64,000 nt of DNA from the NCBI GenBank assembly GCA_038888155.1, contig JAWAJB010000002.1, forward strand, positions 64,001-128,000. Direction: 5' to 3'. Under the pieces are notes generated by a model. It was not told the DNA's origin, searched no databases, and saw only the letters and a list, made by a program, of their open reading frames with translations. Source of the DNA: Desulfurococcaceae archaeon (GTDB taxonomy: Archaea; Thermoproteota; Thermoprotei_A; Sulfolobales; Desulfurococcaceae). Below are positions 30,563 to 40,152 of this stretch, in pieces. A program made the translations under genes and the position numbers. Every line of letters starts with the position of its first letter. Within the stretch, counting starts at the first letter, position 1.

Positions 30563-31966
30563 CTACCATCCTCTTATGTAGCTAAGGACTTCATCGGGAA
30601 TATTACCAGCAATTGCATCCTTTATGGACTCATTAATTATTTCTAGCCCCCTCTCTAGTTCATCATCACGTATGTTCAAAGGTGGTGCAATCCTTAGTAC
30701 ATTGCCGTGTTTACCGAAAGTTATTAAGATTAGCCCCTTCTCCCATGCCCTCCAGCAGATCTTAAGCGCTAGTTCCCTAAATGGTTCCCTTGATTTCTTG
30801 CTTTTAACTATGTCTACTCCTATCATTAGGCCCTTTCCTCTGATATCTCCGACAATTTCTCCGGTCTTTGAGTCTTCCGCTATCTCGCCGAGCCTCTTCT
30901 TAACGTATTCACCGAGTTTTGATGCTCTATCAACGAGGTTTTCATTTTTAATAGTCTCAATCGTAGCTATAGCAGCCCTTGATGATACAGCGTGGCCTAA
31001 GTGAGTGAAAACAAATAGAGGCATTGGCGGTATGCTATCTGCTATCTCTCTCTTCATAACTACTGCTGAAATGGGCATTCCGCCACCTAGTGCCTTAGCA
31101 CTGACCAATATATCTGGTTCAATGCCGAAATGCTCTATTGCCCACCATTTGCCTGTTCTGCCCATACCTGCTTGAACTTCTTCATCTATTAAAACCATAT
31201 TGTTTCTCTGCGCCAAATCTCTTAGTCCTCGCATGAACTCAACTGGCGGGACTATTACTCCTGCATCGCCCTGAATTGGCTCTATAATTATGGCAGCTAC
31301 GTTTTCCTTGAGCTCATTCACTTTTTTCTCTACCTGCTTAAGTGCGACTGAAGCTAAATCCGATGGATTCTCGTATCCATCTATGCCCCAGGGGTTCCTA
31401 TAAGGATCTGGATAGTCTACGAAGTGTACATCCTTTAGGGGACCAATAGGTTCTTTGAGCATAGGATCCACAATGCCCGTAACTGATAATGCCCCATAGG
31501 TCATGCCATGGTAGGATCCATAGAATGAAATTATTGGAGTTCTTCTAGTATAAACTCTTGCTGCTTTCAAGGCATTGTCTACGGAGTCAGAGCCAGAAAA
31601 ACCGAAAGTCACTTTCTTCTTAAAAGAGCCTGGCGTTATCTCGGCAAGCAATTTAGCTAGCTTTACTGGTTGTTCTTCGTAAAAGTACGCGGGGGTGTAA
31701 TTGAGCAGCTCTTCGGCTTGGTTTTTAACGGCTTCAACTACTCGTTGGTTGCAGTGTCCAACGTTGTAAACAGCAGCGCTTGTCAGGAAATCAATATATT
31801 CATTACCATCGGCGTCCCATACGCGCGCGCCCTTTGCCTTAGTAACAACAAGGGGAAAGTACTTTAATGCCGAAGATGCTGGAATGTACTCTTCATCTAA
31901 GCTAACAATTCTCAAGTTATTTGTTAGCTTTTTACTAGTAAGTCTCGTAATTCCATCCCAGCGCAT
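30563..31966 (-). CDS. Class III PLP-dependent enzyme (GABA-AT fold), probable amino-acid racemase
   Basis: [50 protein letters not shown] (PLP lysine). Confidence 0.88.
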   Translation of the reverse strand: MRWDGITRLTSKKLTNNLRIVSLDEEYIPASSALKYFPLVVTKAKGARVWDADGNEYIDFLTSAAVYNVGHCNQRVVEAVKNQAEELLNYTPAYFYEEQPVKLAKLLAEITPGSFKKKVTFGFSGSDSVDNALKAARVYTRRTPIISFYGSYHGMTYGALSVTGIVDPMLKEPIGPLKDVHFVDYPDPYRNPWGIDGYENPSDLASVALKQVEKKVNELKENVAAIIIEPIQGDAGVIVPPVEFMRGLRDLAQRNNMVLIDEEVQAGMGRTGKWWAIEHFGIEPDILVSAKALGGGMPISAVVMKREIADSIPPMPLFVFTHLGHAVSSRAAIATIETIKNENLVDRASKLGEYVKKRLGEIAEDSKTGEIVGDIRGKGLMIGVDIVKSKKSREPFRELALKICWRAWEKGLILITFGKHGNVLRIAPPLNIRDDELERGLEIINESIKDAIAGNIPDEVLSYIRGW

Positions 31967-32793
31967 TGGTCAACACCCGTAGTATGAATTATAAAGTAAG
32001 CTTAAATTAATTACTCGTACTTGATTTTATCGTTGTTCTTAATAGTTAGAGCGAGAAATGTAAGGAATTTAGATCTAAAGGCTACAGTGGCTTCTTTCAC
32101 CGATTTAAACTATCGTCCTCCAATTTAGCTTCCAACGCTCGAACAAATTTGTTCGCTGCATTTTTGATCATCAGACCAAACATTTAACGTATAGTTATCT
32201 AACTTTATGATTACTACAACTCATCTTTTGTAGCTTTCCTAGGCTTTACAGCTCTTAGGTAATCTACAAAAGATGTAATAGAGCCATGTGCGCATCACTA
32301 GCATGCTAAATCCCATAATTTCATTATAGCGGGTCTGACGAGTAAATCCACGGGACTACTATTAACGCAAGAGAATCTAAACTGTTCAATGAGGTATTTG
32401 AGGTAAGTACTATGTTAATAAAGAAATGCATATACATTTGTGAGTATTAATTAGCTTTAAACTTTGTTACACAAAAAGCTCATAGCTAGTAAAATCAATT
32501 CAGTGAATATGAGCATTTTTCAGCAGAGTAACAAAAACCTTAAATCTTGTGAAAAACAACAAGCTCGAACCTCACACTAACTTGCTCAACTCTACTAAGG
32601 TAGTTAGATCAATGTATAAATCTTGGAAGCCAGTTCATAAATTGAGTTGAAAATAAAAATGTCGGTATAAGTTGAAAACGGGATTTTCGTTATTATAGTA
32701 CCACAGAAATTTCCCGAGGTATCTAGCTTTTTATTTTCGTTTTTAACTTAATGCTATCATGGACACTTAATTAAGAACGGTGTATTTTAGGCT

Positions 32794-35274
32794 ATGAACA
32801 TAGCTAGGGCACTGAAGAAACTAGAAAGTCATGTTGGGTGGATTATCTATAATTTCGCGTCTAAACCTAAGATATTGAAGGTATTTACAGCGCTAGTCGT
32901 GATCGTTTCATTGATTTTCGGAGTAGCTATTAGGTCATCCTCCTATAGATTAAACGAGTTTGAGTTTTATGAGCTAGACAGCTATGTAGAGTACTGGCAG
33001 GCTAAGTACGTATATGAGCACGGTCCGCTGTCGTGGTATACATTAACACCAGAAAATCCATCTACGCATGTATTTTGGTATCCCTGGGGAAGGGACTTTT
33101 TACGCACTAGTTACCCGCTCCTACCCATGTGGACTGGCCTCTCTTTCCATATTGCAAGCTCTTTAGGTTTTAGCTTAAAAGAGTGGGCCTCTATCCAGCC
33201 CATTTTGTTCTCAGTTATAGCTACAATACTTGCGTGCTTAGCAGCGATTGAGATCTCTGAGAGCTATGTAGCCGGGGCGCTGGCCTCAATTTTCTATGCA
33301 ATACTGCCCGCAGCAGTTGAGAGATCGGTGCTAGGTTACGTGGAAAAAGAGGGCGTTGCAGCAGTTTTCTTGTTTTTATTTCTATTTTTTTACGCTAAAA
33401 ACTTGAAAAGCATAAGCAAACATCTCAAGGCGAGTCACTGGGTAAGGTATACAATACTCAGTGCTTGGTCGCTATCCATGATAGGGTGGCTGTGGGGGGG
33501 CTATGTGTTCATTCTCGGCACTGTTGTAGCATTTTCTGTGATGTCTCCTATACTTGTTAGAAGATATCTATCTAAGGATTTTGCTCTAAGCAACGTACTC
33601 TTGGTTATATTTTCATTTATCTTCGTTCTGCCGTCGCCATCTACTGCAAGCTCTCTAGGTCTCTATCCAATCTCTTTACGCGGCTTGGGTTGGATACTCC
33701 TAGCAGGTACTTTGCTCCCCCTGTTATTTTACTATCTTAATGTTGAGTACAGAAAACTAGGCTTCAAGAAACCGGTTCTCACAATGGGAGTATACGCTGT
33801 AGCTCTAATTGCGTTGGCTACCATTGGGGCCCTCTTGTCAGTTTACGGCATTCTGCCTATAGGTGGTAGGCTTGCGTGGGCGCTTGGACTGAGGTTTGTT
33901 GAAGTTCAACCTCTAGTGGAGAGCATTGCTGAGCATCAATCCCCCTTAACGAACATCTACACTGTCCTGGGAATGTTGCGTTCATGGGGTGTCTACTGGG
34001 AGCCTCTATTGTTTGCTTCTCCTCTATTTATGAGCATAATTGGAACTTTATACCTTCTGTATAAAGGCACTCCCGAGAAGGTCTACTTGTCGGTCGCTTT
34101 CGCTGTAGCTTTCTACTCATATTTGAACGCGGTTTACATGATTGGAGCAGCATCTTATCTAGGAGTTATTGTAGCAGCATCCATGGTAGCCATAATGATA
34201 AGCTACGTAGTTCCTAGGATCTCTCCCGTGAAATTGGGCAAGAAAAAAGAGCGCATCAAATCTCCCCATACTACGATCAATCCGTATATAAGAGTTGCGT
34301 TATTATTACTACTAGTAGCCATCCTCGCAAATACTGTATATGCAGGATACAGCGAACTTCAGAGCAACTCTAGGGTTATATACACTCTTAGAGCTGGACT
34401 ATCGGATTTGTCTCTCTACTATACAAGTAGCTGGTACAAAGCCATTGATGCGATGAAGTCTACTCCCAACGGGTCAGTTATTATCGCGTGGTGGGACTAT
34501 GGATATGGAATTAGCGTGGCAGGGAATAGAGTGTCAGTTGCAGACGGATCAACTTTGAATAATACCCAGATAGGGATCATAGGATTAATAATGCTCTCTA
34601 ACTCTACAAGACAGGCCGCTGAGTTAGCAGGTTTATTTAAAGCTAGGGCTAATGAGACATTCCTAATGGTCATAGAGGGCGTGTTTATATCCGAGCAAAA
34701 CGACAGTTTAGTGATCTGGCCCGTCCTAACCGGGCGAGTTCTCCCAGGGCTAGTTGATTGGCCCAAGAGTCTTTGGATGATAAGGATAGGCAACTCTGTT
34801 GTTGACGAATTGCGCGGCAAAGGAGTCAATATAGACTACATTAGTACAGAGAAATTTCTTTACTTGTATAATATTGGGCAGGGCGTTATAAGTCCTAGAT
34901 ATGATCAACCAGAGAGAATGCCATTAATATACAGGCTTATAGTAGACGCTGTTTTATATTGGGCCGAGGAAAATAATAAAAACGGCATATTTGAGTGGTT
35001 TACTGGAGAGGAGCAAATTCTATCAGAGTCAGATGTAAGAAACGTCTACAGCTACCTTAGAATAAATATTTCCAGGAGAGTTCAGGTGACAGATGTTGTT
35101 GGTATCTCAGAAAGACCCTTGGTTAACGATACCTACCTTGAGCCGTTTGCAGTCGTAGTTGAGCCATTCATTGACCCTGAAACTAAAGAGCCATTTACAA
35201 CAACTTATATGGGTTATCGCGGCCGCGTTTACAGCGTAATCATCCTGTATAAATTCAGGGAAATACCTACCTAG
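32794..35274 (+). CDS. aglB: Oligosaccharyltransferase AglB (STT3 family)
   Basis: ELDSY, WYPWG, ESIAEH, WWDYG, VADG; multi-TM N-terminal region. Confidence 0.93.
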   Translation: MNIARALKKLESHVGWIIYNFASKPKILKVFTALVVIVSLIFGVAIRSSSYRLNEFEFYELDSYVEYWQAKYVYEHGPLSWYTLTPENPSTHVFWYPWGRDFLRTSYPLLPMWTGLSFHIASSLGFSLKEWASIQPILFSVIATILACLAAIEISESYVAGALASIFYAILPAAVERSVLGYVEKEGVAAVFLFLFLFFYAKNLKSISKHLKASHWVRYTILSAWSLSMIGWLWGGYVFILGTVVAFSVMSPILVRRYLSKDFALSNVLLVIFSFIFVLPSPSTASSLGLYPISLRGLGWILLAGTLLPLLFYYLNVEYRKLGFKKPVLTMGVYAVALIALATIGALLSVYGILPIGGRLAWALGLRFVEVQPLVESIAEHQSPLTNIYTVLGMLRSWGVYWEPLLFASPLFMSIIGTLYLLYKGTPEKVYLSVAFAVAFYSYLNAVYMIGAASYLGVIVAASMVAIMISYVVPRISPVKLGKKKERIKSPHTTINPYIRVALLLLLVAILANTVYAGYSELQSNSRVIYTLRAGLSDLSLYYTSSWYKAIDAMKSTPNGSVIIAWWDYGYGISVAGNRVSVADGSTLNNTQIGIIGLIMLSNSTRQAAELAGLFKARANETFLMVIEGVFISEQNDSLVIWPVLTGRVLPGLVDWPKSLWMIRIGNSVVDELRGKGVNIDYISTEKFLYLYNIGQGVISPRYDQPERMPLIYRLIVDAVLYWAEENNKNGIFEWFTGEEQILSESDVRNVYSYLRINISRRVQVTDVVGISERPLVNDTYLEPFAVVVEPFIDPETKEPFTTTYMGYRGRVYSVIILYKFREIPT

Positions 35275-35331
35275 TTAAAGGGTGTCGTATTTTTTAAGTC
35301 CACGGATACGATATTACCACGGTGAAAGGTA

Positions 35332-35859
35332 GTGCTCAGAAAAAAGGACCCCTTGAGGAAGGGGTTTGAGTTATTATATACTACTAGGCTTTTGAAGACC
35401 AGAGTAAGCAGGGTACAGAGTAGACTTAATGATAGAATTGGCGAGCTGTCAAAGCGAATGTTGGATCTCGAGGCAAGAGGTGAAGGCTACCTCGCAAAGA
35501 GATACGCAGAAGAAATAGCTAAATTAAAGGAGCTGTCAAGAAGAATGGATACACTTCTTTTAGTCGTGGATAAGGTAGACCTTGCAATTCAGCACGCTCT
35601 AGTACTTAAGGAATTCAACTCTCTGTCGAGAGAACTAGCGGTATTGCTAAAAGATGTAACTAAGCTACCCGAGTCCCACATGCCTGACGTAGGCATATTA
35701 TTTGCTGATCTCGAGGAATCGGTCAGGGAGCTATCGAGCCTTACAGGAACTTGGAGTACAGGTACATTAAATCACGCCCATCCTAGCGACACTGAAGTGA
35801 AAGCTATACTTGCAGAGGCACGTGAAATACTCAGGAAGAACCTTGAGCCAGGTTCTTAG
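35332..35859 (+). CDS. ESCRT-III/Snf7-like protein (CdvB paralogue)
   Basis: Basic N-terminal helical hairpin with AKRYAEEIAKLK, acidic C-half ending EVKAILAEA. Confidence 0.65.
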   Translation: MLRKKDPLRKGFELLYTTRLLKTRVSRVQSRLNDRIGELSKRMLDLEARGEGYLAKRYAEEIAKLKELSRRMDTLLLVVDKVDLAIQHALVLKEFNSLSRELAVLLKDVTKLPESHMPDVGILFADLEESVRELSSLTGTWSTGTLNHAHPSDTEVKAILAEAREILRKNLEPGS

Positions 35860-36530
35860 AGCTGTATTGTGTACCTCCTTTCCTCTCTTATTGTTGCTAG
35901 TTTTGTGTTAAGCTTTCCCAGGAGATCTATTATTTCTTGGGGAACTCTCTTGTATAAATCTCCTGGTATTAGAACTAAGTACTCTACGTATTCTCGGTTT
36001 AGCAAACACGAACCGATTATATAGGCTAAGTACCTATACTGCGTTGATAGAGGCGCAGACGGATCTATTACCCAAACCCCTGTTAGCTCATTTTCCTCTC
36101 CTTTCTCGGCTATGATATCTGGTTCGAGTGGCTTGTTAGTTCTATTCAAGCTGACATCATAACCCATACCTTCAAGTTTTTTTACAACTTCTTCTACTAG
36201 CATTTTCCTGGCTGCAATCATCCTCTGAGTGCCAATGTATTTTTCAAGTTCGCCGTGCTCCTCTGGGTTATAAAGTGTGTATTTTCCCCGCTCAATCCTA
36301 TAGAGGAATAATTTCTCAGGATCCCTGTACTTCTCTTTACTGCTACTGTTCACTGTCACTAGGTCTATTTCAAAGTCGAGGCTCTCTCCAGATCTAGAAG
36401 GATCTCTCCTCCTAACTTCTTCTACGAGCTCTTTCCTTGTGAAGTAGACTTTACCGTTCCTGTATAGTGCCTCTGCAGCCTCCTTCAAGAGTGTCCAGTT
36501 AGGTTTTTTACCTATTTCCTCACTACTCAA
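35856..36530 (-). CDS. Hypothetical protein: N-terminal wHTH-like plus C-terminal restriction-endonuclease-like fold
   Basis: FTRKELVEEV..LFLYRIERGKYTLY; LEGMGYDV..EPDIIAEK. Confidence 0.55.
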   Translation of the reverse strand: MSSEEIGKKPNWTLLKEAAEALYRNGKVYFTRKELVEEVRRRDPSRSGESLDFEIDLVTVNSSSKEKYRDPEKLFLYRIERGKYTLYNPEEHGELEKYIGTQRMIAARKMLVEEVVKKLEGMGYDVSLNRTNKPLEPDIIAEKGEENELTGVWVIDPSAPLSTQYRYLAYIIGSCLLNREYVEYLVLIPGDLYKRVPQEIIDLLGKLNTKLATIREERRYTIQL

Positions 36531-36544
36531 AAATGCTACACCTT

Positions 36545-37417
36545 TTAGACTTTGGGCCCTGATTCATTACTCCAGTTGTATTTATTCTCAACAAGGTTTA
36601 TTACTTTATCAACTATACTTGAGATAGCTCTCGCCGCTTCTCCATCTCTCTTGTTCAACATATATGGTTTTCCTTGTTCTATTGCCTCATTGACTTCAGG
36701 GTCTATTGGTATTTTGCCTAATAGCTGGGTGTTGTATTTAGCTACCAGCCTCTCGCCCGAGTAACCGCCCATGATGTTTGTTATTTTGCCACAATAAGAG
36801 CATTTGAAGTAACTCATATTTTCAATAACACCAAGTAGCTTTATACCCGCGGATGTTGCAAAATTGGCCGCCTTAGCCACTATGGTTTCGCTGAGCGTAT
36901 TGGGCGCTGTTACTAATATCCCGCCAGTAATTAATGGGATAGTTTGGGCCACTGTAAGAGGCACATCTCCTGTCCCTGGCGGCATATCTATGATTAAGTA
37001 CTCACCTTCTCCCCACGCAACTTTTGCAGCTAGCTCTACAATAGCCCTGGCTACTAGAGGGCCCCTCCACATAACAGGGGTGTCGGGAGACTCCAGCATT
37101 AAGTTGATAGCAACTATTTTTAATCCGAGTGGCCCATCAACAGGTAGAATCTCGCCGCTTTCGTTTGCGTAATGTTTCTTTCCCTGCACGCCTAAGAGCA
37201 ATGGAACAGAAGATCCATGTAGATCGGCATCAAATACAGTAACTTTGCGTCCACGCATCGCTATGCCAAGAGCCAACATTGACGATATAAACGACTTGCC
37301 GACGCCGCCTTTGCCGCTTATGACAACTATTTTGTACTTGTAGTTGCTCATTTTGTTTTTAGCTACTTCTTGCAGGCTGAAGATGGGAGTAAACTTAACC
37401 TTCTTTTCGCTCGTCAT
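36545..37417 (-). CDS. Mrp/NBP35 (ApbC) Fe-S cluster carrier ATPase
   Basis: SGKGGVGKS, DADLHGSS, WRGP, DMPPGTGD, ENMSYFKCSYC; ATG at 37417 chosen as start. Confidence 0.92.
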   Translation of the reverse strand: MTSEKKVKFTPIFSLQEVAKNKMSNYKYKIVVISGKGGVGKSFISSMLALGIAMRGRKVTVFDADLHGSSVPLLLGVQGKKHYANESGEILPVDGPLGLKIVAINLMLESPDTPVMWRGPLVARAIVELAAKVAWGEGEYLIIDMPPGTGDVPLTVAQTIPLITGGILVTAPNTLSETIVAKAANFATSAGIKLLGVIENMSYFKCSYCGKITNIMGGYSGERLVAKYNTQLLGKIPIDPEVNEAIEQGKPYMLNKRDGEAARAISSIVDKVINLVENKYNWSNESGPKV

Positions 37418-37485
37418 ATAATACAACCCAGCTAGTTTATATCTCAAAGATAGCTAAATAAACCCAGAAGACAGAGGTAAAGAAC

Positions 37486-38421
37486 ATGATATGTAGTATT
37501 GCACCCGCTAAGGTACTTCTATTTGGAGAGCACTTTGTTGTTAGGGGCAAGCCTGCCCTTGGACTTGCCGTTGCTGTTTACGCCAAGGCGTGCGTACACA
37601 GTGGGTCTGGGAAGATATTTTCAAGGCAGTTGGGCATAGTTGAAAAGGATTCAAAAAAGCACGCCCTATTTTCAGCCCTGATTAACGCAGTCTATGAGAG
37701 GTATGGCCCACTGCCTAGCTTTGATATATATATTGACTCCGATATTCCAATGGCTTCTGGCATGGGCTCTTCTGCTTCAATTTCGGTTGCATTAACGCAG
37801 GCGCTCCTAACAGCATTAGGAGCGGATTTCAATCGAGAAGATATCCGAATAATAGCACATGAGGCAGAAAAATCAGTGCACTACAAGCCTAGCGGAGTTG
37901 ACACCTCTCTTGCCACTTACGGCGGACTTCTATACTATAAGCAGGGTTTATTTAGGAGACTTAATTTAAAGTTGCCGGAAAACATTGCGCTAATTATTGT
38001 GAACACAGGTATAGAGAGGTCTACGGGTGAAGTGGTGAGGGATGTCCTTAATAGAAGCGAACGCTTAGGTATAATAGCCGAGCACATATATAGTGCGGGC
38101 GAAAACATAGTTGAAAAAGCGGTTAAGTCGATTGAGTCCGAGGATATCGTTCTCTTGGGTGAATTAATGACCGTTAACCACGGCTTACTATGGTCACTGG
38201 GTGCCTCAAATAAAAGTTGTGATGAAATTGTTTACGCGCTAATTAACTTGGGGGCTTACGGCAGTAAACTCAGCGGTGCAGGAAGAGGGGGGATAGTTAT
38301 AGGCCTTATTAGTATGGAGTCAGCTAAAGTCGCTCAGAGGACCCTAAATGAAATGGGTTATAAAAGCATCATAGCAACGCCAGATTACATAGGCGTCAGA
38401 AATGTACAAAGTGAAGAGTAG
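37486..38421 (+). CDS. mvk: Mevalonate kinase
   Basis: APAKVLLFGEHFVV, PMASGMGSSAS, HYKPSGVD, KLSGAGRGG GHMP motifs. Confidence 0.92.
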   Translation: MICSIAPAKVLLFGEHFVVRGKPALGLAVAVYAKACVHSGSGKIFSRQLGIVEKDSKKHALFSALINAVYERYGPLPSFDIYIDSDIPMASGMGSSASISVALTQALLTALGADFNREDIRIIAHEAEKSVHYKPSGVDTSLATYGGLLYYKQGLFRRLNLKLPENIALIIVNTGIERSTGEVVRDVLNRSERLGIIAEHIYSAGENIVEKAVKSIESEDIVLLGELMTVNHGLLWSLGASNKSCDEIVYALINLGAYGSKLSGAGRGGIVIGLISMESAKVAQRTLNEMGYKSIIATPDYIGVRNVQSEE

Positions 38422-38438
38422 TTACTTATAAATATCTA

Positions 38439-38497
38439 GGGGATGAAGTAATAGTAAGTTCTGAATGCGTGATTGATACTCCCATGGTCGGACCCCC
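38439..38497 (+). ncRNA. Candidate C/D box sRNA
   Basis: C-like GGGATGA 38440-46, D' CTGA 38461-64, C'-like TGATTGA 38470-76, D-like CGGA 38489-92, G-run and C-run at the ends; target not identified. Confidence 0.35.
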
Positions 38498-38935
38498 ATG
38501 ATATCTAACAGTAGCGGAAGAAAAGGCAGAGTTTCCATTAAGGAATCAACAGATATATTAGTGAAGCTTAGTTTAATTATAGGCGAGATTATTCCAGTAT
38601 TCTACGAGTATAATAATAGGATCAGGCGAACTGGCTTCTACCTAAAGCCAGTCCATATAGCAACTAGAAGGCTAAGCAACGGGACTACAGTTAAATACTA
38701 CTATTATGGAAGGTACTGGTATAGAATCGAGCGCGATCCTATTGGCAGACTCAAATGGGTATACATGGGGAAAGAGAAACCATCTCTGAACATCCCAGAC
38801 CCCCCTCGCAACCCTCTCGAAGGAGTTGTCATAAAAAAATATAGTACCAATAGCAACATAGAGATAGAGTTTGCCAGCGAAGAGCTCTTTAGGGAAATAT
38901 ATAATAGACTCTTAAAGCTGAGCGGCAAGGTCTAA
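38498..38935 (+). CDS. Hypothetical basic, aromatic-rich protein (possible nucleic-acid binder)
   Basis: YLKPVH, YYYYGRYWYR, LKWVYMGKEKP, PPRNPLEG. Confidence 0.6.
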   Translation: MISNSSGRKGRVSIKESTDILVKLSLIIGEIIPVFYEYNNRIRRTGFYLKPVHIATRRLSNGTTVKYYYYGRYWYRIERDPIGRLKWVYMGKEKPSLNIPDPPRNPLEGVVIKKYSTNSNIEIEFASEELFREIYNRLLKLSGKV

Positions 38936-39013
38936 TTTTCACATAAGTAAATAATCTTTAATTTTTATTAAAGAAAATCATAATAGTGATTGAAATAAAG
39001 CGGTGTCATAGCG

Positions 39014-40126
39014 TTGACTCGCAACATTATTGTAGATGGATTAATGTCCGCAATTCTACTGGGCTTGTTGGCATACTCTACACTAATATCTTTAGGTATA
39101 GCAAGCTACTTCTTCTACAAGCCCAAAAGAGGATCTAAAAGAGCAGAGAACATCGAGATAGTTGTAGTGTCTAAGGCTGACCACAAAGTCAAAAACAGCC
39201 TCCTCGAGGTTGTTAAATACCACATCAACAAGTACGGAAAAATTACAGTTGTAGTCGATGAAGATGCTCCGCTTACAGGCCTTTTAAGGAAAACCAGAGG
39301 GGCGAGATTGGTAGAGGTACCTGCAGGCTACAGAAAAGACCTCATTGGAAAAGGTAGGGCTCTTCAATACTTCGTAGATTATTTCGTGGAAAGAGGTAAA
39401 TGGTATGCTTTTATAGATGATGATAACCTGATTATCGATGACTCCTTTCTATATGAAATACCGAAATATGAGGAGAATGGCTATGTCGCCTCAAACGGTA
39501 TACTCGTTCCTCGACCTGGCCGAAGTACAATTGCATATGTAATGGACTGGATCAGGTACATGGACGACCTCTTATTATATAGGTTTTTCACAGGATCTCT
39601 TAAAAGACCTTTGCTCGGTCTTCATGGCGACTTAATTATAGTTAAAGGTGATGTGCTGAAGGAGATAGGATTTCATAGGAGAACGCTTACTGAAGATTTT
39701 GAATTCGCTGCAGAGTTAGTGAGAAGAGGGTACAAGACGTGGCAATCTGCTACAAGGGTATCCATAAAGAGCCCAAGTAGCATTAAGGATCTTGTCTTAC
39801 AGCGCGGGAGGTGGTTTAAGGGTATAGTTGAGGGCATTAGGAGATGTCCCCTTAAAATGAAACTAACTGTAATATTGCGAAGCTTCACCTTCGGTATAGG
39901 CTTCCTCCTCCTAATGATATTAGCTCCTATTGTATCGTATATTGGTCTTGTTTGGTTTGTGATACCTGGGGGCATTTATTACATGAGTACTTATACTTAT
40001 GGGATATACAAGGCTAGGAAGCTTTACTTGATACTGTTACTACCACTATTTGGGTTAATAGAAGCCACCTCTAGGGTATATGGACTTTTAAACGTAAATG
40101 AATACGTAGTTATTGACAAAAATTAG
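39014..40126 (+). CDS. Membrane GT2 glycosyltransferase
   Basis: GKGRALQY, IDDD, GLHG, LTED, QRGRW; N- and C-terminal TM helices. Confidence 0.9.
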   Translation: MTRNIIVDGLMSAILLGLLAYSTLISLGIASYFFYKPKRGSKRAENIEIVVVSKADHKVKNSLLEVVKYHINKYGKITVVVDEDAPLTGLLRKTRGARLVEVPAGYRKDLIGKGRALQYFVDYFVERGKWYAFIDDDNLIIDDSFLYEIPKYEENGYVASNGILVPRPGRSTIAYVMDWIRYMDDLLLYRFFTGSLKRPLLGLHGDLIIVKGDVLKEIGFHRRTLTEDFEFAAELVRRGYKTWQSATRVSIKSPSSIKDLVLQRGRWFKGIVEGIRRCPLKMKLTVILRSFTFGIGFLLLMILAPIVSYIGLVWFVIPGGIYYMSTYTYGIYKARKLYLILLLPLFGLIEATSRVYGLLNVNEYVVIDKN

Positions 40127-40152
40127 TGTTCCAGTTATCGTAATTGGCGACC

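Noticed and set aside
32335-32342. CTGACGAG, resembling a hammerhead ribozyme core
   Set aside because: No following stem II and GAAA, and no flanking helices
38476-38484. 9-nt complementarity between the candidate C/D guide (ATACTCCCA) and the rod RNA (UGGGAGUAU)
   Set aside because: Too short and not adjacent to the D box; compatible with chance
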